From: Psilocybe cubensis
Lineage: Eukaryota
Direction of reading: 5' to 3'
Assembly: GCA_017499595.2 (NCBI GenBank)
Contig: CM039002.1
Location: 1,550,001 to 1,614,000, forward strand
DNA length: 64,000 nt
The notes beneath the pieces are model-generated. The model was not told the DNA's origin and made no database searches. It saw nothing but the letters and a program-made list of their open reading frames with translations. The translations under genes and the position numbers were made by a program. How positions within the stretch are numbered: the stretch's first letter is position 1; the number at the start of each line of letters is the position of its first letter. Below, in pieces: positions 23,603 through 35,363 of this stretch.

Positions 23603-25106
23603 CTACAATTTGGAAGGGGGTAGGGATTTGTTTCCCAGTACACCGGCATTGTCTAATTCGCGTATACGACTTTCATCAAGACCATACTCGCGCAAAACAG
23701 CATACGTGTGAGTTCCCGGCTGTAGAATCACATTCTTCGAATCACAAGGTTTTCCCTGATCTATATGACTAGTAAGCTGGGGGTGGAAGGCCGGGATATT
23801 GGAAGTTTGTTTGCCAGCTTCTTGCGGTGTCAGAATTGGTACCGTACAAGCGTCAGTTCCTGTAATTGAAATCGGAATGGGTATTCCATGACCTCCCCGA
23901 ACACGAATAAACACTGACCATGAAACAAGTCCGTCCAGAAATCTCTAGACCTTGTTAGAAAACCTTTGGTTAGATATTCTTGAAGCATTGGCCACTCGTC
24001 CTTCTGGAACTGTGTTGAAGGATTCGGCTTCCAACCATTCAAAGGGTTGAAATCTTTTGGAACGTGATCCGTAAAGGCCTCGATGAAAATCTTGAAAAAT
24101 TGTGGCTCTAGGCAGCCAACCGACATCCAACCTCCGCCTTGACACGAGTATATGTTGTAAAAGGGTGATCCACCGTCCAAAATGTTGGTCCCTCGAGGTC
24201 CACCTACGATTCCAGTCTTGAGATAGTTTTGAATAAGGGGGAAGGACGAAAGATAACGCGTCCCAGAAACCTATCGAGAAAATAAATACTGTGAGGGAAG
24301 TGCAAGAAAAGCAGACTTACCATATCTGAATTCACCACTTGGCCTCGACCTGTTCTTCCTCTTTCAATGAGTGCCAGAAGGATCCCATTTGCGCATGTAA
24401 GTCCTCCCCCAGCAAAGTCGGCAAGAATATTTATCGGAAACGCGGGCTTTTCAGCAGTTCCGGGAAGCATCTATTGATATATCTGAGGTTATTGAAAGTT
24501 GCTTTAACATTGTGTCGCTGCTTACAGCCAAAACACCGCTCAATGCAAGATAATTAATATCGTGTCCCGCCATATTTTTGTGGGGTCCTAATGCTCCTTA
24601 AGTACGAAGGCAAATACAATGCATTGAATGAAGTATTCACACCTGTTCTTGGGAATCTAAGAACAAGGTTATCAACATATATCTGTGAAATGAAAGTTTT
24701 ACGGCCTACCCAACAATCCTTGCATAGATAAGTTTCTCATTTAAACCCTTCCGTTGTCCATCTCCCAAAAACAGTTCAGGCCCAAGTCCGAGCCTTTCTA
24801 GAACACCAGGTCTGAAAGGGTCTATGAGAACATCTGTAGAGGCGATGAGTTCCTGGAGTAGCTGACGTCCACTGGGTTTCTTGGAGTCCACAATGATAGA
24901 GCGCTTTCCACGGCATAAAACATCATTGGAGGTAGAAGATGGCCGGTCGATGCGCGTTACAGAAGCACCATTGTCTGCCAAAATCATCCCAGCAAAGGGA
25001 CCCGGTGCAAGACCTGCAAACTAACATCGCACATGTTTTTAGTAGGCTGAACATCCGGGTGTTGACACATTGGTACCTCGATAACTTTCAACCCAGAGAG
25101 AGCCAT
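23603..25106 (-). CDS. CoA-transferase family III / alpha-methylacyl-CoA racemase-like, predicted peroxisomal
   Basis: [62 protein letters not shown]; ends PPSKL*. Confidence 0.9.
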
Positions 25107-25626
25107 TAGTGAGAGCGAATAACAGCGTCGGGCATGATATTGTCAAGAATGATTCGCTTATATGTAGCCGGAGATGTTAGGTTCTGTTTTGAGCACTTTC
25201 TTGGACGCATGACCTGGGAACGATTATCAGAGGCGTTCAGGAGCCTCGGCACTGAAAACCATACGTAATTGCTTGCGATTTGACGATGGGGACGGAGCTA
25301 TTTAATGCGAATCTGAGCGTTACTTGAATCGCTTTCGTTGAAGATGTCGGTGGGATGTGGCAGACGACGTCAAGAACGTACAAGGTTGACCGGAAACCAG
25401 CCACGGGCCGCGGGCAAACAAGCGCAACTATGAAGACGGTCTTGTGATCACCCAGCGACGCGCTTGAACTTCTTCTGGCACATCACTTCAACATATATAC
25501 ACATCTTCCAATGTTGTTCAAGTTTAACGGCCCGCAGGTGGCTTCTATGTCGATGTGGCAGGCTCCTCAGTGGAATAATAAAAGACACAACAGGAGTGGA
25601 GCAAACAGAACGACACATCGAGCACA

Positions 25627-27804
25627 ATGATTCCTCTTACTCTGTTCTGTATATTGGCTGGAATTTTGAAACCAGCACTATCATTGTCACCTTTGAGACT
25701 TCAGGGACCGCCGACGCTCCCTGAAGATGCTTCGCATCCTTTAAACCCAGCCTTAGCAAGCTTTAGCATTGAAACTGCCTTTTTCGAGGAATTCTTTGGC
25801 AATGCTTCTGCTCCCAATCAGCTTTCGCTCAATCTATTGGAAAATATCAAGTCCCGGACTGGAGTACCTCCTGAAATAAGGATCGGCGGGATAACGGCAG
25901 ATTCGACACATTGGGATCCTAACCAAAAGGTTGCGCTGTCCAATTTCATAGATTCAACTGGCGCTCTACACAACACTACCCTTGGGCCCCAGTTTTGGAA
26001 ATCTGTTGGCCTCTTGCCTCAGGGAACGAAAATCATCATGACTCTGGTGAATCTCTTAACAAATTATTCTGTAATTACACTGATGTCCGTTTTACAGGAC
26101 CTGCATGATCTGGATTTTGAAGGCGCATTGAGTATGGCTGAGGCCACAGTGAAGGGACTTTCTCCAAGCCAATTTTTATCATTCGAGAGTCAGTACATTC
26201 CTCATTGCTCATTATTCAATACTTCTAGAAACAAAATTTATCATCGTTGCAGTTGGAAACGAACCAGACCATTACCTCTCCTTCACCCCTCAGAATTACA
26301 CGAGTATCTGGGCGGTATGTAATTTTGCATCTTTAATTGTCTACATTACACCAATCTATTTTACTGTTGCTACAGACTTGGGCCAAGAATATCTCAGCTG
26401 CCCTGAATATAAAAACACCCAAATTCCAGATAGCCGCGACTGTTGAAGATCCAATTTGGCCCTATGATACCCCTGGAGCCTCTTCAGCTCTTGACTGCGT
26501 TAGTGCTCTTGCAGCCGGCTCGAACAAGGACAATGTTGTTGCAACATGTAGCGAGCACACCTACCAGTATAGTGTAAACCGCTTAAAATCTCTGTTTCTA
26601 TATCATTGTCATTCAACCAACGTGATAGGTTTGCGACCCCCCTAGAATTGCAGTTGCCACCTTACCGAACTTGGTACGCGCTTGCCTTCCTCTACAGACG
26701 AAGGGATAATCACCATACATGTCTGAAAGGTCAATCACACACGTCTAGCAGAGTAGGGCATTCACACGCGGTCTTTCGTTATCAACTAATTTCAGCTTCC
26801 AGATATCTTGATCTCTGGCAGCCTCGTATCAAATCTGTCAGAGCTCAGCTTGGGGACGATAGCTTTGTAATAGGTAGGAGTATACTCGTGCGTATTTCGA
26901 GCCAGTAAAAAGTTTAACGGCATGTTTGTCAGGGGAGTATAATTCAGTTTCTTGCTCGGGGAAGGATGGCGTTAGCAACACATTTGGTCAGGCTTTGTGG
27001 CTGGTGAGTTAATAAGAGCACTTAGTTGGACCTGAATGTTAAAAGCGATGATCAGCTGGATACAACATTATATGCTGCGTCTTTAAACGTCTCAAGGTAA
27101 CAGTGTCCACCGTATCTCAATGAATAATACACTTAATATAAATCCTTTTAGATTGTATCTACATCAAGGAGGACCTCTCGCGCTACAAAGTAGCACACAG
27201 CTAAATCATGGCGGCCTGAGTTTTTACGACATGTGGTATGGGACAGCGGCTTATCGTTTATTCTTAAGAATTTCATTAATTCTCTTTCAGGTATCCTGTT
27301 CAAAATCAAAATGGCGCCATACAAGTCTTCCCTTCCTATTCCTCGTATCTATTTATCGCAGAAGCCCTCGGACGTTCTACATCCCTTCGTATTTCCAATA
27401 TCTTCCCCAGTAGACAAGCAAACGGGTCGAGCATCACTACCGCGTTGGGCGACGAGTCGGCTGGTCAACTCGTTGCATACGGCTTCTGGGACACCTCCAA
27501 GCCAAATGCGCATTCATTCCCAACCAAATTAGCCTTGATAAATCTACAAATATTCAACCAAACCGAGATAGGCCAGAGACCGTCCGCAGAATTTGATATA
27601 ACTGAATACCGTCAAAACAAGAATAGGCCGGTGACCATCAGGAGACTTCAAGCCCCTGGCGCAGATGTAAAAGCTGCAAATCTAACGACATGGGCCGGAC
27701 AGAACTTTGCCAGTGGTGAGGCTGCTGGGGCATTGAAAGAAGAGAAACAAAGTAGCAGCAAAATATCTGTGCAAGCTTCTGAAGCTGTTTTAGTTGTTCT
27801 GTAA
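25627..27804 (+). CDS. Secreted glycoside hydrolase family 79 (beta-glucuronidase-like), many exons
   Basis: Signal peptide; SFSIE, IRIGGITAD, GNEPD (acid/base), GEYNSVSCSG (nucleophile), C-terminal TWAGQ...VQASEAVLV. Confidence 0.85.
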
Positions 27805-28199
27805 TCCTTTTATCGAATAATAACCCATTGTCCCAAAATTGATGTATCTCGACGATTAGAAGACGCACTATGCTGCTAATTCTCTACCAACTATGATATC
27901 TGTTAGAGCAAGGGTTGGTTTTACGCAAAGATCCGACGTGATGTCCCTTCTCCGAAATGCCTGTTGCAGCCGAGATAAAGGTACATGGTCCAGGGGATCC
28001 AACCGTTTTTCTCGTTCCAGGATTGGAAGTTAAGATGATTCCTCATCTACAAAAATGTTGCTGATTTTCTGGATATTACATTATATTGATGATTTGAGTT
28101 ATTCAACTTGCTTTCTTTTTAAATGAAATCGGTTTATAACCTTTGTTTAAAAATACATCGATGAATTAGGTACCTGTGTGTTCAAGGGTTGGCCAAGGT

Positions 28200-29400
28200 T
28201 TAGCAATACCCGCATGAACACGCATTGGCTTTTGAAAGCCAAGTATGTCTTAGGGCTTCCTTTGCAGTCAGTCGATTACTGGGATCAGCACGAAGACAAT
28301 CCTTGATAAAACCTGATGCAGCAGAGACGTCGTCCTTGTGGAGAGATGTCACAAGAGCCGCGTGGATTAAATTCAAGCCTTCGTCTTCATCCACAAAACC
28401 GGGAAGATTAGATCCAGTCAAGATTTTGAATGTCTAATGGCGATCGTCATAAGAAAGAGAATTAGCACAAGCAATAGAATGACCCACTAAAGCTCCCAGC
28501 TGCCAAATATCGGTTTGAAGTGAGCATGAAGGATTTTGTGATATGGTTTCCGGTGCAGATGCATAATCCCACGAGCTTTCTGGCTTGTATGTAGATCGTT
28601 GAGCTATCAGCTCAACGTTAGAAAAAGTACATGGTATAAAAGCGGAAATTAAATACCATGTCCAAGATTCAAAAGATAGAGTGGCCATTCAGATACAATA
28701 GCCTTCTTATGTTTCCATCCCCTCAAAGAATGTTTTATCGGTTGGGACTCTACAGCCTCAAAGTTCCCGATCGGGATGGTTAACGGCTCTTCTTCTTCTT
28801 CCAGTTGGGGCCTAAGCACATCAGCTTGAGTTCCTGTTGCGAAGTATATGTTTCCAGCATTGACAGCTAAATGAATACAATTATCAGACGCCATTACCAA
28901 AGAAGTATAGTCAAAAACATACCCCCATGCATGATTTCGGCAGAATGCAATCCCTCAAGTGCAAGCGTTGTACAGTAGATGATTCGTTGTACAACATGAA
29001 CTGGAAGTTTTTTGGCTTCCTCTTCCAAACGAAGAGCTTCAACTGTGGTCGATAAAGGATTGGTCACGATGCAAAAGTGCGATCCATGATATCCCGTCTC
29101 CCAAAAGCTGTCTTGATACCAAGGAAGCGGCAAGGTCGAACTGAGGTTTTTCACAGATCGTAGGATCGGAAGCTCTATTTCTTCAGCGCGTTTGCTCTCT
29201 GCGACCGTGTAGATCTTGACTGAAAAGTATGCGTCGTCGTATTCGCACCATACGAGCCAGGTTGAGGAACGAGGACCGTATCCTAGCTTGCGAATGATTT
29301 CGTATTTGTCCTTGTTGAGCTTTTGACCGATGGTTGCGACAAAGTAACCGGGGCCACCACTGGCTGGGGAAAGATTGAGAGGTTCTTCGGGGAATGACAT
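28200..29400 (-). CDS. SRPK-like (CMGC) kinase-fold protein, predicted pseudokinase
   Basis: EEPL...YEIIRKLGYGPRSSTWL, VKI, APE, DIWQLG, RLTAKEALRHTWL; catalytic loop spliced as HGAVNAGN, NLG in place of DFG. Confidence 0.8.
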
Positions 29401-30250
29401 GGCGGTGATGTATGGGATCAAAGGCGTGAAAAGTTATGAACTATAGGGTGTTCTTTGGCTCTTCTTGAATCTTTAAGAGTTCAGATAGAGGCGTTGGAGT
29501 GTGATCTGGAGTTGGCTTTCGTGATGGTGCCACGACCACAGCCTTGTTAGCCATGGTGATAAAACGCAATTCCTTCGTTATAGATCTAGACTGATACCGC
29601 GAGTATCGGATTGAAGAGCGTCGAAAAAGTTGGCAGATGACAATGAACAAAACCTCTGCATGTCTCCTGAATGTCCTAGACGGGGCGCCGATCATCAAGC
29701 ATGCTGACAGCTTCTCCATATGGTAGGTTCTATCATTGTATCAGATTTCATGCAAATCACTTGAAAAGATTTGCAAAATCATGAAACGATCAAATGCCTT
29801 CTCGTAGTATATATTGCTATAGTACATACTACATATGGTCATAAAAGGTCAAACTACAATGTTAGATACACAAGCTCAGGCCGCAGTGGTCAAAGAACGG
29901 TCTCCAACTTCAGGCTATTACATTCTAGGGGTCTTTAGCATTGACAGCCCCATCACCGGGTCCTCTCATGCAAACTTTATACAATACAGATAAAACGCCG
30001 TGTACCACCGTAAACCCAAAATATACGCACAGCCTTTTCAATCTGAGGTTATCCCATGTGCCATGCCAACATAAACCGCACCGAGAGTCGGGACTCTGAG
30101 ATCACGTTCAAACCTCAGGTTTCTCGTATAAATTGACCATTGGACGAATAGATGCTCTCTACGGCTGGCCCGACAACTCAATCCTAGGTGCTGAGCATCT
30201 TCCACGCTTCCCAAACACATCCATACCACACATCCATTTATCACCTTATA

Positions 30251-31202
30251 ATGTACTTCTCGCTTAAAACCTTGCTCCCCACTGTCGCTGCTCTTGTCCT
30301 CCTCAAAGGAGTTGTCGCAGCACCCGTATTGTACGTTTCCGTTATACTCTGCTGCACACAGCAAATTCACGCGAGGACGATTCGTGCAGTTCTGACTTTA
30401 GCGATGACCTCGTCGAGCGCAATGATTTTGACGATGCGTCTTTGCTGGAACGCGATGCAGTCCTCGATGCCGTCTTGGAGGCGCGCATGGACGATATTCT
30501 GCATGAAATTGATAGCGCCGCTGGCAAGCACAAATACACGCATGGTCCGACGCGTCTCTCTATCAGCGATAATGCAAAGGCGGAGCTCAACCGCCTGAAT
30601 ATCCACGGAAAAGAACGGAAGAACGCGATAAAGTGGAACAAGAACAAGGTTAAGAAGGAGATGAGGAAGAACCCTGAACTGAAGGGTGCCCATACTGGTG
30701 TGATCGAGTAGGTGTTTTGCAACGCGATAGCGTGGAAGAGGAATATTTTCTGACTTGATATGCTTCGGTCAAAAGACATCTTGCACACAAGGGTGGAAGC
30801 CAGCCCAAGGAGAAAAACCACATCACCGCATCGTTCAAGGATAAGCACGGCCAGCAAATCCACAACAGCTACAACGGCGGGGTGTGTATTCCGTCACAGC
30901 TTTCTTATGCTAAGGCTGACAGGAAATTTTTACTTCTCTTTAAATAGCCAAATCACCACTTGTATATCAACAAGAATAACGCTGGTGCTGGACGTCAGGC
31001 AAAGGGCGGGTACAAGAAGAACAACAACGAGATCAAAGGCAAGAACACCGGTCACAAATCAGCTGTTAACAGGAACCCCGAGAGCCGACACGGAAAAAGC
31101 AGCCAAAAGAACGGCGGGAAAGGAAAAGGCCAGCAGCGCCAGGGCGGAGCATCCAAGAACCAGAACAAGGGTCCCCAGGTAAAGAAGGGAGGCAGGAAGT
31201 AA
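30251..31202 (+). CDS. Secreted protein with acidic pro-region and Lys/His/Asn-rich mature part (4 exons)
   Basis: Signal MYFSLKTLLPTVAALVLLKGVVAAP; introns 30331-30389, 30708-30775 and ~30882-30947 give one continuous frame. Confidence 0.75.
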
Positions 31203-31645
31203 ATTCTTGTCGCACTGGTCTTAGTCTCTGTGATTCTCCCATGTGGAATGGTTAATACATTGGGAAATTTGAGGAATTTTGAATTCGGATTTGACACTGC
31301 GGAACTGCCTCAAGATTTGGAGAGTTGGACGTACATGAGCGTGCCGTAGAAGGACTTCAAAGTATTCCCTGGCACTGCATGCCATTATTCTAAGAAAGCA
31401 GTCTAGACCCAAGCAACTTGCTTTAGTGGTTTTCTGTCAAAAATGCTCGCACGATGCAGAGTGCAAGATGAAAGTATCGAATTTGATGAGATGTAGAGTG
31501 TTCTTGGAGTGTTCTCTGGTACGACCCGATCAAAAAAAAATCACATGAGCGAGATTCGGCAATATACGATTCGGCGCTCGAATATAAAATGGACTTGATT
31601 GAATTCCAAAAAAAATACTTCTCCAGACAGTGGTACCGTCAAGCA

Positions 31646-32833
31646 CTATAGAACCTCGACTGACCAATTCATGACAAAATAAGGCTTTGCATCGTTATCC
31701 ACAAGGTCGGCGTCCCACCTCTCAACCTGTTTCAACTCCGCTTCGACCTTGATTTTCATCTCTTCCGGCCGCTGCCAACCCGACTCCCCCGGCCCAAAAA
31801 TATCCTCCTCCCACATCTTCTTCCAGGTCTCAGGCGAGTGACAAAACATTGCAGCTTGTCTGACCTCAAACAATGGGTCAGTGCTGCGTTTCTTCTCGAC
31901 ACGGAAGCCCTTTTCAAGCATGGCGCCATGCTGGCCGAAGATGATAGAGCCTTTCTCGGGAAGGAGGAGGGACGCGAGGCGGCGCGCGAGTTCGCGTTGG
32001 CCTTCTTCTGGGAAGAGGTGGAATAATGCAGAAGCATGGATAGCAGATACTTGGTGCTTTAGAGGGGTGAGTGAGGTGAGTCCTCGAAGGGGACGGATGG
32101 AAGGCGGTTGCTTGGCCTCTGCGTCTGCTTGAATGTCCGACATATCAAGCATGGATGAGTCGAAGACATCTCCCGCAATAAATGTAGCCGGAAAGCTTTC
32201 TGGAGTGGACTTGAAAAGCTCATGTCCGCAGTCCCAGAATTCTAGTTCAACATTTTAAATTCATTCTGTCATTCTGGGAAAAGTTTCGACATTACCTCCA
32301 CGAAGGTCAGACGCAACAATGTTCTCAGCTGGCCAGCCGTCCACAGCCACCTTTCTTGTGTCGTTTCCAACTTATGGGAGTGGAGAGTAAGTGACATTCT
32401 TAAGAATACTAAATGAAAAGTACCGACAACAACAGCCGATATCTAGAAAAATAGGATCCCTGTGCTGTTCAAGAAGCTTCAAGGCCTTTGGATAAGCCGG
32501 TATCCCCGCAATCTTGAGCCTAGCCGATGTGAGTACTGAACATGTAATTAGCGAAATGCCCAGATAGCGCGTGTACCTGATAAACCATAATTGGCGAATA
32601 CAAGGGTACCTATAAACCTTCGAGAGAGCTAATCAGTAGCTTATAGACATTTTATTCGCCATTTGTATACGCACTTGATATGCTTTTGCTTGCACAGCTA
32701 ATACATGCTTCTTTAATTCATCATCATCATATATGCCTGTAAGAAGCTCGAGGAATTGACGTTCATGATCTTGAAGACTATAACGAGCTGGATCAAGGAT
32801 GGGACGTGCGGTTGACTGTACATTTACGGACAT
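31646..32833 (-). CDS. SAM-dependent methyltransferase (fungal secondary-metabolism type), tandem copy A
   Basis: YPCIR, FLDIGCC-FGND motif I, ASDL, FIAGDVFD, AIHASALFHLF, MFCHSPETW. Confidence 0.85.
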
Positions 32834-33317
32834 CGCAGCTGATAGTAGAAACTTGAAAGCAGGGTTGGGACAAAGATGGTGGAGCGCAAATACAAGCTTA
32901 TCGGCCCGTTGTTTTCCCAGGTAACGCTGAAGGTGGGCAATGTGAGGTTTCTGTTCATTTTTTGGGACCTTGTTCCCTAATATGGACCGTTTGAGAGCGT
33001 GGTGGTTTCCGGGAAGGTTGTTCACCGATGGATCAAGATAGTCCAGTTAGTTTCAGGACACTAGAGAGATACCTTAAAAATCAAGAAGTTTGCATTAAAG
33101 GAACTCTCAAAATTAGGTTTCAAAGTTAAAGAGTGTTCTTTAGTATCAAAACCACCGTTCGGCAATCTACGGTTCGGAGCTCGAATACAACATGGACTTC
33201 AATATCACGAAATAACCGGCTGAAAACTAGCTACGTCCAAAACAATATAGGTAAGGTCGAGGGGCGGACTTGAGCTGCTTGTGCCACATCCAAAGCAATA
33301 CGAATGGGTTGACGATG

Positions 33318-34505
33318 CTAAAGCACCTCGACTGACCAATCCATGAAATAAAACTTCGTGTTTGTATTCACAAAGTCCCAGCGTTCAATCAGCTTAAGCT
33401 TCGCCTCGACCTTGACCCTCACCTCTCCCTCTGAATCTCCACTGGCCCGGTGGCGCAGCGACCCCGGACCGAAAATATCCTCCTCCCACAACTTTTTCCA
33501 GCTCTCAGGGGAATGGCAAAACATAGTGTGCTGTCCTATCTCGGAATCTGTGCCGTCCATGCGTACGATCTCGAGACGCGTTCCCATTTCAGGCTGCGCA
33601 CCGTGCTGGCCGAATATGATGGAGCCCTTTTCGAGAAGCAGTAGGGACGCGAGGCGGTGTGCAAGGTCGCGCTGATGGTCTTCGTCGAATAGATGGAAGA
33701 GTGCGGAGACGTGGATGGCGGATACTTTGTGTTTTAGGGGTGAAAGCGAGGTGAGGTTTCTGAGGGGACGGATGGAATCTGGGTCTGCTTGGGTGTCTGA
33801 TTCCATGTCGAGCATGGAAGAGTCGAATACATCTCCTGCAATAAATGCAACGGGAAAGCTAGCTGGGGTGGACTTGAAAAGCTCATGTCCGCACTCCCAG
33901 AATTCTTGTTGGACATGTCAGATCAATTCTACCATTCAGAGCGAGTCTTTCAATAAAGTTACCTTGACGAAGGTCGGATGCTACAATGTTCTCAATCGGC
34001 CAACCATCAATCATCGCCTTTCTGGAGTCATTGCCAACTTATGGGTAAAGAAATTGAGCGATGTTAATAGGATAGGAATACCAAATGAAAGGACTGACAA
34101 CAACAACCAAGATCTAGAAGTATGGGATCTTTACGCTGTTCAAGAAGTTTCAAGACCTTTGGATACGCGGAGAGCCGTGCAATAGTGAGCCTAGTTCATC
34201 AGGTTACTACATATACGGTAAAGAAGACAAAGAAGCCTTCGTGCCTCATAAACGAGAACAGCCGGATACAAGGGTACCCGAAGACCTTGAAGAGGACAGT
34301 TCTATCACTATCCGATAGGCATTTTGTTGAATTTTTAGGGACGTACTTGATAGGCCTTTGCCTGTACAGCTACAATATGCGCCTTGAGTTCCTCTTCGTC
34401 ATGTATGCCCGTAAGCAGTTCATAAAATTGTCGTTCATCCTCTTGAATGCTATAACGAGAAGGATCTAGTTTTGGACGTGTATTTGGGTGCGCGTATATC
34501 ATCAT
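33318..34505 (-). CDS. SAM-dependent methyltransferase, tandem copy B
   Basis: Same exon layout and motifs as copy A (LLDLGCC-FGND, FIAGDVFD, SALFHLF); second intron has a GC donor at 34244. Confidence 0.8.
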
Positions 34506-35363
34506 GGTGGTTAAGCAAGCCTGGTTGATGATATGAAACTTTCAGAGTTGTTGTTGTTGTTGTTGTTAACTTGAAACAAGGCGGTGGGTGGTTAAATATT
34601 TCACAATTGAAACTCCTTTGCCTCATTGGCAAAAAATCCAAATGTACATCAGCGAGATTATTCACATCTATGAAAACAGATAGTAATTGATGACCATTCC
34701 TGTCTTTTTTATTTTTATGCCTGGATTTCCTTTGCATGGGAAAAGGCTTTCGGCACCCGTCTCAACCAATTTTTGGTTCATAGTTGGGAACGAGTTTGAG
34801 CAAGATTGGGTACTCAAGATATACCCGATGCCCTTGTCCCAAAACTTAGCTCAACTCAAAGATTTGTTAGCCACATACTTGTAAGATGGTTTTAGAAACA
34901 AGATAGACAAAGCGGAGGACGTTAAGTAAACTGCTGTGTATGTTACCTGTGTTTGACAATGTAAACACAATGATAATAGCATGCATCAAGGAATGCCATG
35001 GAATATTGTCGACATTGCATAACGCAAATAATGATACGGGGAGAAGTAGATAGATGTAGAGTCTGGGACAAGTTATGGGATGGGGATGTACTGGAAGTCA
35101 GAAAGCAACACCGTGATTCGGTAGATTTCGAAGGATCACTAGGGAGAAGGGGGAAAGAGGTAGGCTGGTTCACGTCGAAGTTAGGAAACAAGAAACAAAA
35201 AAGAGTAGAAGGAATTCTTCGGAATTGAAAAGAGATGGTCCACTGCGAATCGGAGAGTCATCGATTTAATTTGCCTTGGCTGTGATCGGCGCCTCTTCAA
35301 TTTGATCCATGTACTTTTGTACAAATTACCAAGGTCGACGATGGCCGAAAAATCGAGATCAAA

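Noticed and set aside
29441-29554. 37-codon ORF (MANKAVVV...EEPKNTL) just upstream of the pseudokinase
   Set aside because: Possible uORF, but there is no evidence that it lies in the transcript and no splice link was found
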